A DNA stretch of 64,000 nucleotides, taken from contig JACPMF010000004.1 of NCBI GenBank assembly GCA_016186145.1, positions 345 to 64,344 of the forward strand, read 5' to 3'. The DNA comes from Candidatus Sungiibacteriota bacterium (GTDB lineage Bacteria > Patescibacteriota > Minisyncoccia > Sungbacterales > SURF-37). The notes below the pieces were generated by a model, which did not search any database, was not told the origin of the DNA, and worked only from the letters and a program-made list of their open reading frames with translations. The translations under genes were made by a program, and so were the position numbers. Below, one piece after another: positions 17,704 through 28,088 of this stretch. Position 1 is the first letter of the stretch, and every line of letters starts with the position of its first letter.

Positions 17704-19101
17704 CTAATTGAGTATTAAATTAAAATCAAACGCGGGAAGACCGTAAGTAAAACGGGCGTAGGTAACAAATCCGCCAATAACGGCAAGCGCGACGATGGAA
17801 AAAAATGCGATCTGCCGTTTTGGCGAAGATGCAAAAAACTTATGAGCAGATATTTTTTCAACTCCTAAAGCAAGAAGCCCTATGCCAAAAAGATACGCCG
17901 GGAAATAATGATAAAGGAATGTGCTCCTGTGGACTATGGTCGCAAAAGGAAGAAGCGAGCCGATGTAGCCGGCAAGCAGTATCAACACGATCGATGGCAA
18001 TACATTTTTTTCTTTACGGACGAGGCTGTAAATAAAGCGGCGTACGGCGGCAACCGCAATAATCACCGAAAGAGTCGCGCCAAACCAAACGGACGGATTG
18101 CCGTAGAGAGTAAGCGAACGGCTTTCATCGCCGTAGTAAAGCATCGGAAGCTGCATCGCTGGCCATAAATACCACGGACTTTGCAAATAATGGATGCCGC
18201 CCAACGTATAGTTTCCGAATGAAAGAAACCATTGAACAAGGGTTGCTGCCATGAATTGCACAGCAGCGCTGGATGCAGTAACGCTGGCAGGAGGAAAAAA
18301 CCGCTCCCCCATAAACCCATCTCTATAGAACACCGCTAAAAGTTCGACCGGCGAGAAAAAAAGGAAATTTGCGAGATAACCAAAAAAAAGCAGCGCTACC
18401 GCAACCGTACAAAAAACTTTCAGACGGCTCCAGAAGATTTTATCGCCCGTTTTCCCGCTAAGAAACGCGGCCACAAGAGCCGGAGCTAAAAACGTTATAG
18501 CAGTCAGCTTGACGCTCAAAGAAAGCCCAAACATGGCCCCGGCAAGATAAGGACTCTTATTTCTGTCAAAAAATAACCATAGGGCCGCGAAACCAAATGC
18601 AAGGAACATGCCGTTTAACAATATAAGGCGCGTTTCGAGAATAAACGCGTTCTCAAAAGTAACCATAAAAGCGCCGAAAAGCGCGCCGGCCTCTCCAAGG
18701 CCAACCGACCGGAGAAAAAGGTAAAAAAAGAGCGCGAGGGCGACGCCGAAAAGCGAAGCAAAAATCCGAAGCGCAACATAAGGATAGCTGCCGAAAGAAC
18801 GATCAAGTTTATTGACCCAAGGGCCGCCGTCTTTCGCGTGTTCAAAGGATATAAAATTCGCGCCAGCAAATTTGTCGTTCGGAAAAAAAGAGAGCGCTCC
18901 GGCAAACAAAATCTTACCGAGCGGCGGATGGATATCCCAAAACGGACGATCGTTTAAATAGTATGCGGCGTAACTTGCAAAATGCGCCTCGTCAAAAACG
19001 GGAGAAGCCGGATATGAGATACGATAAAAGTGCAGTCCGGCGCTAAGAATTAAAATTGCGGCGAGAATATAAACCTTTGGTTTGAAAGAAAAAATAGCCA
19101 T
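17704..19101 (-). CDS. PMT/ArnT-type (GT39/GT83-like) membrane glycosyltransferase
   Basis: Multi-TM protein with the conserved N-terminal DE...HPPLGK motif; start moved to the internal MAIFSF (the ORF-track 5-prime extension overlaps junk). Confidence 0.75.
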   Translation of the reverse strand: MAIFSFKPKVYILAAILILSAGLHFYRISYPASPVFDEAHFASYAAYYLNDRPFWDIHPPLGKILFAGALSFFPNDKFAGANFISFEHAKDGGPWVNKLDRSFGSYPYVALRIFASLFGVALALFFYLFLRSVGLGEAGALFGAFMVTFENAFILETRLILLNGMFLAFGFAALWLFFDRNKSPYLAGAMFGLSLSVKLTAITFLAPALVAAFLSGKTGDKIFWSRLKVFCTVAVALLFFGYLANFLFFSPVELLAVFYRDGFMGERFFPPASVTASSAAVQFMAATLVQWFLSFGNYTLGGIHYLQSPWYLWPAMQLPMLYYGDESRSLTLYGNPSVWFGATLSVIIAVAAVRRFIYSLVRKEKNVLPSIVLILLAGYIGSLLPFATIVHRSTFLYHYFPAYLFGIGLLALGVEKISAHKFFASSPKRQIAFFSIVALAVIGGFVTYARFTYGLPAFDFNLILN

Positions 19102-19320
19102 GCTCCGCAAATCTGCGTATATATAAGAATTGTAATTGAGTAGCGAAGTGAAATCAATTCTATCTGATTGCTGTAAAATCCAGCGATCGCTGGAAAATAC
19201 GGCAACGATAAAAAGTGGAAGATTAAAAAGGTGAAAGGGATAAAAATGGCAAATTAAATTGCCCTCCCCTGCGACCGCGTCTGCGATCTGCAAGGGAGGG
19301 CTGCTGCTGGCCGTCGGCGC

Positions 19321-19740
19321 CTATTGAGTCACGATCACCCGACGGCCGTTCGGGTAATCGCAGAAAACGCGGCCGGTCTTGACGAACCATCCCGGACCCC
19401 CGTTGGGGTCCGACATATTCGTCCACTCCTCCGACATCCTGCCCGGAGGCATGCAAATGACCGGCCTACGGAGGGGCGGCGCTGGGATCACGGTGATCAC
19501 CGGCTGGCTCACCACTTGCGGCCCGCCGGGCACCCAGATCACCGGCTGGCCGTTGGCGGCACGGTTGAAGTCGTAAATCGCGCCGGCACCGCCGCCGATC
19601 GCGGCACCGATCGCGGCTCCATGGCCGCCGCCGATCGCAGCACCCACACCAGCGCCGATCGCGCCGCCGACGAGAGTCCCGCAACCGGCAAGCGCAACCA
19701 CAGAAAGAAGAAGAACAGAAACGAGCAAGCGGCTCTTCAT
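19321..19740 (-). CDS. glycine-zipper lipoprotein (Rick_17kDa/YMGG-like) encoded in a high-GC island
   Basis: Lipobox LAGC; GAIGAGVGAAIGGGHGAAIGAAIGGGAG glycine zipper; local GC about 65% versus about 47% background. Confidence 0.6.
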   Translation of the reverse strand: MKSRLLVSVLLLSVVALAGCGTLVGGAIGAGVGAAIGGGHGAAIGAAIGGGAGAIYDFNRAANGQPVIWVPGGPQVVSQPVITVIPAPPLRRPVICMPPGRMSEEWTNMSDPNGGPGWFVKTGRVFCDYPNGRRVIVTQ

Positions 19741-19931
19741 GTTTGGCCCTCCTTTGGCCTTTATTCACGAGGCGAAATTGTCAGCGATCTTATAGCGCTT
19801 TGAGTATAGCATATTTTTACTCCGAAGTCAATATCCAAAAAGCCCGTAGATACTGCGCTTTTGTACTACAGAAAAACAAAATCCCGGGATCACCCGGGAT
19901 TTTATTGTTTCCTTGATCAAAGAAAAATCTA

Positions 19932-20267
19932 TTAACCGCCGAGAAAAGACGCAACAAAACTCTTGGCAACTCGGGCAAAAAGCGCTACCGCAATACCAAC
20001 CAACCCCCAAATAAGAGATTTTCGGGCAGTCGCCACTTTCTCTTCATTCCCGGCCGCAGTCAAAAATTGAAACGCGGCAACCAATATCATGATTATCGCA
20101 AGAATGAAAACAATTGCCTCAAACCATGTGGCGATTTGGTTAATTAAGTTGATAAGCTGTGAAACGCTCGACGGACCGGCGCCAGTTTGCGCAAGGGCAA
20201 CAAGCGGAAGTATCGTTACTCCGCCTGCAGCCGCTCCGATATAAGCCTTCTTAAATAAATTATACAT
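19932..20267 (-). CDS. TrbC/VirB2-like pilin-family small membrane protein (paralog 1)
   Basis: Signal/TM segment, then a conserved core (W/F..I.F..AIIMILVAAF.F.TAAGN.E.V...R.L...L.G.A.AL.A) shared by four tandem paralogs. Confidence 0.55.
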   Translation of the reverse strand: MYNLFKKAYIGAAAGGVTILPLVALAQTGAGPSSVSQLINLINQIATWFEAIVFILAIIMILVAAFQFLTAAGNEEKVATARKSLIWGLVGIAVALFARVAKSFVASFLGG

Positions 20268-20379
20268 ATGATGATGGATCTTTATGATATTACCAACCTC
20301 GACCTTTTATGTTAAAAAAATAATTCGCGTCGACCAACTTATGGAGTACGCGGAGGAATAATGTTTGTTATTTTGGTTT

Positions 20380-20727
20380 TTATATTTTTAATTTTGGTTC
20401 CGGTACCCCCAGAACATTAGCTACGAAACTTGCCGCAAGCTGGGCAACAAGTGCTACCGCGATGCCGAGGAGCGCATAAAGAAGCGTCCTCCTTGCCATA
20501 TCAACCCGTTCTTGATTTCCTGCTGCGGTGATGAAAAGAAAGGCGGCAACTAATATCATTATTATCGCAATGATAAAAATGATGGCCGTAAACCAACGCA
20601 CAATCTGGTCAAGCTGAACAGCTAAATCAGTAACTGACGTCAGCGCCGCAAACGCAAAAAAAGGAAGCACCAGCACCGTTGCTATCCCAAATACCGCGAT
20701 GTTCAAAAAGACCTTTTTTCTCAACAT
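20380..20727 (-). CDS. TrbC/VirB2-like pilin-family small membrane protein (paralog 2)
   Basis: Same conserved core (RWFTAIIFIIAIIMILVAAFLFITAAGNQERVDMARRTLLYALLGIAVAL). Confidence 0.55.
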   Translation of the reverse strand: MLRKKVFLNIAVFGIATVLVLPFFAFAALTSVTDLAVQLDQIVRWFTAIIFIIAIIMILVAAFLFITAAGNQERVDMARRTLLYALLGIAVALVAQLAASFVANVLGVPEPKLKI

Positions 20728-20743
20728 ATTTCACTTCTCAATC

Positions 20744-21130
20744 CTATGGCTGACCGCCTTTTAACACATCTTGAATTATATAGATAAATCCCTGGCCAAT
20801 CAAGACAATCGCAAGCCCAACCAATGCCCATGTCAATGCTTGCCGCGCCTTCTTAACCTTCTCCGGGTTCCCTGCGGAAAACATGTACAAAAGCCCTGCA
20901 TAAAGTATCACGAGAACCGATACGGGTGTTACGATCTTTGTGGCAAAGACAGTTATAGCTCCGACTATTTCAGTAAAACTCTCGGCTTTAATAGGGTTCG
21001 CAATCTTTCCCTGGGCATAAGAAATTCTTGAAAAAAAGAAAGAGCCCGCATAAACGGCAAACCGGACACCGTCAAGAACTCTAAAGCGGCTCATCATTTT
21101 CGAATCGCGCGCGCAAGAGGTATTGACCAC
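20744..21130 (-). CDS. TrbC/VirB2-like pilin-family small membrane protein (paralog 3, divergent)
   Basis: Related core (ILYAGLLYMFSAGNPEKVKKARQALTWALVGLAIVL). Confidence 0.5.
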   Translation of the reverse strand: MVNTSCARDSKMMSRFRVLDGVRFAVYAGSFFFSRISYAQGKIANPIKAESFTEIVGAITVFATKIVTPVSVLVILYAGLLYMFSAGNPEKVKKARQALTWALVGLAIVLIGQGFIYIIQDVLKGGQP

Positions 21131-21283
21131 TCAAAAATAACCGTGCCGACAAAATACAATAACGCCGCGATAAATCTTGTGTCTATTGCTTCCATATTGT
21201 TTAGTATAGCATAACAACCGACGTAAGTTATACACACCCAGCAACCGGAAACTCTAAACTCTAAAATTACCGGCCTAAAGAAT

Positions 21284-21748
21284 TTACAGCCTACACGCTC
21301 CTGAAGGAAGCTCGTTCCACGGAGCAAGCGTGCCAATGAATTTGCCGGCCGAACTTGTATCAAGATTGCCGGTAAGAACCTTAATTATAGTGCTAACTAA
21401 AAGCCATGAAATAAACACTATAACAACTCCGATAATGGCATTGGTAAGAATTTTCTTTCCTGCCGTCACTCGCGACTCCGAGGCCGCGCCAAACATAATC
21501 ATAAGGCCGCCGACGACTATCATCAACCCGGCAAGAGGAATGGCTATATTCGTAATAAGAAATTTGGTGATGCGTATTCCGAGAACCGCGAGGTCACAAA
21601 TAGTACACGCCGGCTGTATCGTACCGTCAGGGTTCGTGCCACCGCAATGAACAAGGCCTTGGGCAAGGACAATAGAGGGTAGAGCAAATAATACAACTAC
21701 TAAAGCCGAGGCCAGTAAAATATAATTGCTATGACTTAAAAACTTCAT
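21284..21748 (-). CDS. TrbC/VirB2-like pilin-family membrane protein (paralog 4, longer, Cys-containing)
   Basis: Signal peptide, two Cys pairs, then the core (GLMIVVGGLMIMFGAASESRVTAGKKILTNAIIGVVIV). Confidence 0.5.
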   Translation of the reverse strand: MKFLSHSNYILLASALVVVLFALPSIVLAQGLVHCGGTNPDGTIQPACTICDLAVLGIRITKFLITNIAIPLAGLMIVVGGLMIMFGAASESRVTAGKKILTNAIIGVVIVFISWLLVSTIIKVLTGNLDTSSAGKFIGTLAPWNELPSGACRL

Positions 21749-21853
21749 GCTATATCATCAGCGAATTGCGAATCGGTCGCGAATATGCGAATCTTACGAT
21801 TCATTATTATTCGCAAATTCGAAGGGATTCGTTATTCGCTGATTTATCTCATA
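21749..21853. promoter_or_regulatory. about 100-bp imperfect palindromic intergenic element rich in GCGAAT/ATTCGC hexamers (copy 1)
   Basis: atcagcgaattgcgaatcggtcgcgaatatgcgaatc...gattcgttattcgctgat; about 85% identical to 23716-23808; sits directly upstream of a minus-strand gene start. Confidence 0.5.
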
Positions 21854-23164
21854 TTACCGCGTCGGATTTAATAAACTATTAACCCTTACATTCGCCCTCC
21901 CAACAGCATCTCCGGCCGATGCTGACTTATTTACCACGGAATTGATCATTTCTTTTAAAATTTCGCTGACCTTCACGTCATCCGGAACCAACCACGTACG
22001 CGCGGCAAGCACTTGGCCATAGAAAACTTCGAGATAATCTTCTGTAGGGCGTCCACCAACAAGATCGCGGCGGCTGGGAGCAAGACCAAGGGAATCCGCA
22101 AAGAATTTATTGTTGTCGCGATCAGCCAACCAAAACAAAAACCTCCACGCCTCAACCGGATTCCTTGATTGTTTTGCAACACCGTTAAACCGATACCGGC
22201 CGTAGTAAACCTTGACCGTCGTATCTTTCGGCTGCGGGAACGAAGAAATATCAAAAGCGAGATGAGGATTTTTCCCCTCAATCCGAGGCACGTCTTCCGC
22301 ATACCCGAAAACGATCGCTGTCTTCCCTTGCGCAAACGCATCAAGAGAGTTCGGGAAAAAACTTGACCATGAATAGGTCCGCTTAACGCTATCCGCAAAC
22401 GCAGTGTAAAAACTAAGCGCTGATTCGGCCGGCCCCACGAAGTCGCCGGGAGATCGCAAACCCGCAAGTCCGCTTGTTAAATTCTTCCTATTCACAAGCT
22501 CAACACCCGATTGGGCCAAAAGCGCAGAAAGAATATCAACCGCATGTTCTACGTTTGCTGCCGTGCCGAGGGCGATACCGGAACGAGAGACCGTACCCAC
22601 CTCTGAATAACTCGTAAGGCGCGCTGCAACATCAACAAGCTCTTCCCATGTTTTAGGGGGCAGGGCGATATTAGCGGAATTGAAAAAATCGCGATTATAA
22701 AAAAGCGCCAGCGTATCAACGGTAAGCGGAAGTCCAATAATGTTGCCGTCGGGTGTTATCAAATCTTCTTCGGCAGCGCCAAAAAAAGTGCTGCGAAAAT
22801 CCCGCGGGCGGAACAAAAGTACTTCTTGCGGCAAAAGCGAAAGCTTATCTTTATGCTTAACAATTTGAGTGTTTGAGAGCGTAAAAATATCAGGTCCCGT
22901 TCCGGAAGCAAGCGCGTTTAAGAGCTCCTGCTCATAGGTTTCCTGGTTTTTCTTTACGTATGCGATCCTAACATTCGGGAACGCCGCGGTATAGCGCGCG
23001 AATGCTTCTTGCCAAAGCCGGCCCTCTTCGAGACTCCATACGGTAAGAGCAATAGAGGGCGGCCTTTGTCTGCGACCGAGCGGAATAATGTCAAAAACAA
23101 CAAGAAGGGCCGTGAGCACGATAACGCCTATAACACCGAACATTATAATCTGGGCTCTGTTCAT
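21854..23164 (-). CDS. extracellular solute-binding protein (ABC transporter family 1), membrane-anchored
   Basis: N-terminal TM anchor plus SBP_bac_1-like fold motifs. Confidence 0.7.
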   Translation of the reverse strand: MNRAQIIMFGVIGVIVLTALLVVFDIIPLGRRQRPPSIALTVWSLEEGRLWQEAFARYTAAFPNVRIAYVKKNQETYEQELLNALASGTGPDIFTLSNTQIVKHKDKLSLLPQEVLLFRPRDFRSTFFGAAEEDLITPDGNIIGLPLTVDTLALFYNRDFFNSANIALPPKTWEELVDVAARLTSYSEVGTVSRSGIALGTAANVEHAVDILSALLAQSGVELVNRKNLTSGLAGLRSPGDFVGPAESALSFYTAFADSVKRTYSWSSFFPNSLDAFAQGKTAIVFGYAEDVPRIEGKNPHLAFDISSFPQPKDTTVKVYYGRYRFNGVAKQSRNPVEAWRFLFWLADRDNNKFFADSLGLAPSRRDLVGGRPTEDYLEVFYGQVLAARTWLVPDDVKVSEILKEMINSVVNKSASAGDAVGRANVRVNSLLNPTR

Positions 23165-23169
23165 ATAAA

Positions 23170-23715
23170 CTACTTTTTATAAAGTAACCCGTAATGATGG
23201 GACCCCGCCTCAAATTCTCGGTCGTAAGAAAACCCGGCTCGCGAAAGAAAAGATTGCACGGCCCTCTTGTTTAACCGCATATCCGAAGGTGGACCGCCGG
23301 GAAACGGAGTTTCATCCCACTCAATAACCGCGACCCGGGCTCCTATTTTCAAGATTCGATGCGCTTCCATCAAAACTTCAAACTTTTTTTCAACCTGAAA
23401 AAGAATATTAGAAATCACGACAAGATTCACGGACTCGGCCGGCAAATGCGTTCCCTCCGAAAGTTCGAGATCAGCCCACACGGTCTCAACATTCAACAAA
23501 TGCTCAAGCCGCGCCCTTGATTTAACCAGATCAAGCGCCCGCTTTTGGACATCGAATGCAAAAACTTTTCCTTCCTCCCCGACCCGTCGCGCAAGAGGAA
23601 GTGTGTAAAAACCCGCCCCCGCTCCGAAATCGGCGACATGCATTCCTTTAATCACCTCGAGGTAACTAACGACACGCTCCGGGTTTAAGAAAGATGTGGG
23701 TTGAGAAATATTCAT
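23170..23715 (-). CDS. class I SAM-dependent methyltransferase
   Basis: Motif I VADFGAGAGFYTLPLA; 181 aa. Confidence 0.8.
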   Translation of the reverse strand: MNISQPTSFLNPERVVSYLEVIKGMHVADFGAGAGFYTLPLARRVGEEGKVFAFDVQKRALDLVKSRARLEHLLNVETVWADLELSEGTHLPAESVNLVVISNILFQVEKKFEVLMEAHRILKIGARVAVIEWDETPFPGGPPSDMRLNKRAVQSFLSRAGFSYDREFEAGSHHYGLLYKK

Positions 23716-23808
23716 GTTATATCATCAACGAATTACGAATCAATCGCGAATGTACGAATCTTACGACCCATTGCTATTCGTAAAAGATTCGTTATTCGTT
23801 GATTTGCT
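23716..23808. promoter_or_regulatory. GCGAAT/ATTCG-rich palindromic intergenic element (copy 2)
   Basis: atcatcaacgaattacgaatcaatcgcgaatgtacgaatcttacg...gattcgttattcgttgat; paralog of 21749-21853. Confidence 0.5.
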
Positions 23809-26277
23809 TCAGAGCACTATTACTGAAGCTACCGCATCTCCCTCGTCGAGCCTCATGACCCGCACACCCTGTGTGGCGCGCGAGAGAACCGGAATCGCAG
23901 AAAGAGGTGTGCGAATAACTTGTCCTCTTCGCGAGATAGCGATAAGCTCCGTTTCTTCAGAAAGAGCGTGCATGCTCACAATGATGCCGTTTTTCGGGGT
24001 AACCTTCGCGGTCTTTATACCGGATCCCCCTCGATGCTGGCGTTTATAGTCACTGATCGGCGTCCGTTTGCCATACCCGCGCTCGGACATAACAAGAAGT
24101 TCTTTGGCCTTTTTTCCAACGTCAGTAATAACATCAAAACCAATAACCTCATCGCCTTTCTTAAGCCGAATCGCCTTCACGCCCGATGCTGTCCTTCCCA
24201 TGGGCCGAATATCGCGCTCTGAAAACCGTATCGCCTGCCCGAACTTTGTCACCATCGCAATTTCATCTTTCCCGCGAGTAATTTTTACCCAGCGAAGCGA
24301 ATCGTCCTTCTTTAAAGTAATCGCCGCGAGCCCGGAACGGCGCACATTTTCAAACGCGCTGCCGGCAACTTTTTTAATAATACCATTCCTCGTCGCCATC
24401 ACTAAATAACCCTCATTCTTCTGGTCTTTAGAACGCTTCGGAGCGGCAAGAATCGAATGCACGGCATCGCTGCCTCCTATAGAAATGAAATTGTGGACCG
24501 CCTTACCTTTTGAGACCCTGGATCCTTCCGGAATTTCGTATGCTTTAATCTGGTACACCCTCCCTCCGGCAGTGAAAAACAAAAGATCGGAATGAGTATT
24601 CGCGGTGATGAAATGTTCTACCACGTCTTCTTCTTTTGTTTCGATCCCGATCGTCCCCTTCCCGCCGCGTTTCTGAAGCCGATAGCTTTCCGGACTAACC
24701 CGCTTCACATACCCGCCCCTGGTCAAAACGACAACCGTCTCTTCTTCCGGAACGATATCTTCTTCTGCAATTTCTTTGGCAGCGTTCCTTACCACCATAG
24801 TCCTCCGTTCGTCTGCATATTTTTCTTTGACTTCTGCGAATTCCTTTTTCACAACGTTAAGGATTTTTCTACGGTCTTTCAAAAGCGCCTCAAGTTCTTT
24901 AATAAGCGCTATTTTTTCTTTCAGCTCGTCTTCTATTTTTTGCTTCTCGAGCGCAGCGAGCGTTGAAAGCCTCATCTCCAAAATAGCCGATGCCTGCGCA
25001 TCGGAAAACTTGAAGCGCGCCATTAAATTCTTATGGGCGTCCTCGCGATCGCGTGATTTTTTTATCAGCTGTATTACGGCATCAATGTGATCGAGCGCCT
25101 TTTTCAGGCCTTCAAGGATATGCGCGCGTTCTTTGGCCCGAGCAAGATCGAATTCGGACCGGCGGCGAACCACAACCTCCCGATGCTTCAAGTACTCTTC
25201 AAGCGCGCTCTTAACGGACAACACCTGCGGCTGGATGCCGTCGACGAGTGCAAGCATATTCAAATTAAACTTCTTCTCGAGATCGGTAAATTTATAAAGC
25301 CCGTTTAAGACTTTTTGCGGAAAAGCGTCCTGCTTCAAATCAATAACAACCGAAAGCCCGTCTTTGTCGGATTCGTCCCGAATATCTTTTATTCCGTCTA
25401 TTTTTTTGTCTTTGACAAGTTCGGCGACTCTCATGACCATTTCGGCTTTATTCACCTGATACGGGATTTCGCTTATAACGATCTGTTTTGCGGCCCTGCC
25501 CTCTTGCCCTGAGCCTGTCGAACGGGTTTTTTCAACAATCTCCGCCCTGCCGCGCGTCAGAATGGCCCCACGCCCCGTTGCATAGGCCTGACGGATTTCC
25601 TTTTCGTTGAAGATAAAACCGCCGGTTGGAAAATCCGGCCCTTTGATAAAATCCATGAGTTCATCGACGGAAGCATTCGGATGGTCGGCCAGAAAAACAA
25701 GCGCATCAATAACCTCTCCGAGGTTATGCGGAGGAATATTGGTCGCCATGCCGACCGCAATCCCAAGCGTCCCGTTCAAAAGCAAATTCGGGAGAGCCGC
25801 GGGGAGCACCACGGGCTCTTTTCGGGTAGCGTCATAATTCTCCGTAAAATCAACCGTGTCCTTATCGATGTCTTTCAAAAGCTCTTCGGCAATCCTCGTC
25901 ATTTTTGCTTCGGTGTAACGCTGGGCCGCAGCGGCGTCTCCGTCAACCGACCCGAAATTCCCTTGTCCATAAACAAGGGGATAGCGAAGCGAAAATTGCT
26001 GGGCCATTCTTACTAAAGCATCATAAACCGCAAGGTCTCCATGCGGGTGATATTTACCAAGCACCTCGCCGACAATCCTTGCCGACTTTACAAACTTCAC
26101 GTTCGGCCGCAATCCCAACTCATGCATGGCATACAAAATCCTGCGGTGCACCGGTTTTAACCCATCGCGCACATCCGGCAAAGCGCGTGCGACAATAACC
26201 GACATTGCATAGTCAAGGTAAGACTCCCGCATCTCGTCGATTATTTCTCGATTTTGAATTTTACCTATGTCTGCCAT
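23809..26277 (-). CDS. gyrA: DNA gyrase subunit A
   Basis: Active-site region [20 protein letters not shown], six-bladed C-terminal domain; start set at [12 protein letters not shown]. Confidence 0.95.
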   Translation of the reverse strand: MADIGKIQNREIIDEMRESYLDYAMSVIVARALPDVRDGLKPVHRRILYAMHELGLRPNVKFVKSARIVGEVLGKYHPHGDLAVYDALVRMAQQFSLRYPLVYGQGNFGSVDGDAAAAQRYTEAKMTRIAEELLKDIDKDTVDFTENYDATRKEPVVLPAALPNLLLNGTLGIAVGMATNIPPHNLGEVIDALVFLADHPNASVDELMDFIKGPDFPTGGFIFNEKEIRQAYATGRGAILTRGRAEIVEKTRSTGSGQEGRAAKQIVISEIPYQVNKAEMVMRVAELVKDKKIDGIKDIRDESDKDGLSVVIDLKQDAFPQKVLNGLYKFTDLEKKFNLNMLALVDGIQPQVLSVKSALEEYLKHREVVVRRRSEFDLARAKERAHILEGLKKALDHIDAVIQLIKKSRDREDAHKNLMARFKFSDAQASAILEMRLSTLAALEKQKIEDELKEKIALIKELEALLKDRRKILNVVKKEFAEVKEKYADERRTMVVRNAAKEIAEEDIVPEEETVVVLTRGGYVKRVSPESYRLQKRGGKGTIGIETKEEDVVEHFITANTHSDLLFFTAGGRVYQIKAYEIPEGSRVSKGKAVHNFISIGGSDAVHSILAAPKRSKDQKNEGYLVMATRNGIIKKVAGSAFENVRRSGLAAITLKKDDSLRWVKITRGKDEIAMVTKFGQAIRFSERDIRPMGRTASGVKAIRLKKGDEVIGFDVITDVGKKAKELLVMSERGYGKRTPISDYKRQHRGGSGIKTAKVTPKNGIIVSMHALSEETELIAISRRGQVIRTPLSAIPVLSRATQGVRVMRLDEGDAVASVIVL

Positions 26278-26321
26278 TTTTGTCAGCGAGCCCCGCGGGC
26301 GAGATGCTACAAAAATGAGCA

Positions 26322-26425
26322 CCCAGCACTAAAATTTTCGCGACTCGTTTTAAAACCAACCCTTCACCATTGACGCCAACACATCGAATCAATAATTACC
26401 ATCGATATAAATTTTAGTGCTGGGC
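26322..26425. repeat. short element bounded by 16-bp perfect inverted repeats (CCCAGCACTAAAATTT) in the gyrA upstream region
   Basis: Inverted repeats at 26322-26337 and 26410-26425; they share the CTAAAATTTT core with the 12044-12206 element. Confidence 0.5.
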
Positions 26426-26440
26426 GCCATACTTCAATAC

Positions 26441-27247
26441 TTACTCCGTAAGGTATTCAAAAAAATCACTCATTGCCTGACCCATGATCGCGAAATTACT
26501 GGAAAGTACGGAAACGGGGCTAAATTTTTTAACGGGCTTCACTGCGACCCCCTGGTTACTCTGCCAATCCGCCCTATTTGTCTGGGACATATCGTTCATT
26601 TCAACAAAAACAAGTTGTAAAACATCACCTTCTCCGCCAGAAGCTTCGGGGTCTCCAGAGCCCTCTGACTCGCTCTTCGCCTCATCGCCGACTGAAACTT
26701 CCGATCCTAAAACAAGAACCGCCTCATTCCCGGAGGACGCAAAGACATCAACGGGTTCTTCCTCCAACAAACCGGGTTTATCAGAAAGCGGCTGAACTAC
26801 AGGCGGAAGTTTCTCTTCCGGTCCGCTGCCCTCCTCCGGCAAAACAGGCGACAACTCTGTCATAGCAGGAAGGCTCTGAAGAAAAGGAGAAAGCGCGGAA
26901 AAAAGATTTGCCGTGCCCTCTCTCACAAGCTGAACATTTTCTCTAAAAATACCAAGCGGCCCTTTTAATCCACCCGCGTCTTCCGAAAAAGAATCCTGCC
27001 GCCCCGTTCCGCCGGCAAATGAAATACCGCCCACCCCCGCTTCTCTGCTTTGGTTCACAAAAGCAACACCAAATCGGTTATACATATGACTCGCCCACAA
27101 AGAAAGTATGGTGGTACCAAAAATCAAAAAGCACGCAAGAAACATAGCCCTCCGTTCATAAAGGGGCCGGCCATGAAGTTGGGACATTCCACTTTGAATT
27201 TTAACAACGGTTTTTGCAATCATGCCCACGAAACCTACAACCAACAA
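26441..27247 (-). CDS. hypothetical membrane-anchored acidic protein
   Basis: N-terminal TM, then an Ser/Glu/Gly/Pro-rich low-complexity region. Confidence 0.4.
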   Translation of the reverse strand: MLVVGFVGMIAKTVVKIQSGMSQLHGRPLYERRAMFLACFLIFGTTILSLWASHMYNRFGVAFVNQSREAGVGGISFAGGTGRQDSFSEDAGGLKGPLGIFRENVQLVREGTANLFSALSPFLQSLPAMTELSPVLPEEGSGPEEKLPPVVQPLSDKPGLLEEEPVDVFASSGNEAVLVLGSEVSVGDEAKSESEGSGDPEASGGEGDVLQLVFVEMNDMSQTNRADWQSNQGVAVKPVKKFSPVSVLSSNFAIMGQAMSDFFEYLTE

Positions 27248-27300
27248 CCTACAACAATCCGTCCATATTGTCAGTTATTGGTTGTTGGTTGTTGGTCAAG
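27236..27300. repeat. hairpin element with TACAACCAACAAC-type arms (copy 2)
   Basis: ctacaaccaacaacctacaac...ttattggttgttggttgttgg; related to 4441-4506 in reverse orientation. Confidence 0.5.
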
Positions 27301-27303
27301 CGC

Positions 27304-27945
27304 CTATGCCGGCTGCAACACGACGACTTTTGTCTCTTCCTCCGGCAAATCTTTCTTTTTTATCACAAATTTCTCAAGCGAATCAGCTTCTTTCACGCCC
27401 ATTTCCTTCAAAAACGATTCTTTCCCAGCAAGAGAGGCCCCAAGCTTCGGAATTTTGTAATGCATCGGTATTACGACCCTCGGTTCAATCTGGCTGACAA
27501 CAAAAGCGGCCTGTTTGCCGTCAATCGTATAGGTGCCGCCGATCGGAACCATAAGAATATCTACATCTCCAATTTCTTCCAGAACGTCCTGACGAAGCCG
27601 CTCTTCTCCAAAGTCGCCAAGATGACAAATTTTTGCATCTTCAAGATTGATGATATAGACCGTATTTACACCCCGCTCTTTTCCCGATGCCGAGTCGTGA
27701 AATGTGCGCACACCGCGGACACCAATCCCTTTCACTTCGTATTCTCCGGGCCCGTCTATAATAAATGGTTCTCCTTGAATAGCATTCTGATTTTGATGAT
27801 CAAAATGAGCGTGGGTGATCAGTACCAAATCCGCCTTAAAACGCGGCGGAGTAAGGCCGATTTCTTTTCCAAAGGGATCAATAGCTAAAACAGCCCCGCG
27901 GGACTCGATTTTGAAACATGACTGGCCGTACCACGTGATGACCAT
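27304..27945 (-). CDS. MBL-fold metallo-hydrolase
   Basis: VLITHAHFDH metal-binding motif. Confidence 0.8.
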   Translation of the reverse strand: MVITWYGQSCFKIESRGAVLAIDPFGKEIGLTPPRFKADLVLITHAHFDHQNQNAIQGEPFIIDGPGEYEVKGIGVRGVRTFHDSASGKERGVNTVYIINLEDAKICHLGDFGEERLRQDVLEEIGDVDILMVPIGGTYTIDGKQAAFVVSQIEPRVVIPMHYKIPKLGASLAGKESFLKEMGVKEADSLEKFVIKKKDLPEEETKVVVLQPA

Positions 27946-28088
27946 AATGAGGAATTATGAATAACGAATTATGAATCAGGGACAATTGAGGCACTCTCCG
28001 CATTCTTAATTCATAATTCCTGATTCCTAATTCAGTTCTAGAATAACATTTTTTTGTAAAGAATAAAAGCTCTTTCCCCTGGCGGGGC

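Noticed and set aside
19103-19293. N-terminal 64 codons of the 529-aa PMT-like ORF
   Set aside because: No membrane or protein-like signal. The real start is the MAIFSF methionine that begins the first TM helix.
19324-19803. 159-aa plus-strand ORF overlapping the lipoprotein gene
   Set aside because: Antisense frame of a high-GC gene; Arg/Pro/His-rich.
21973-22467. 164-aa ORF inside the solute-binding-protein gene
   Set aside because: Alternative frame of a well-supported CDS.
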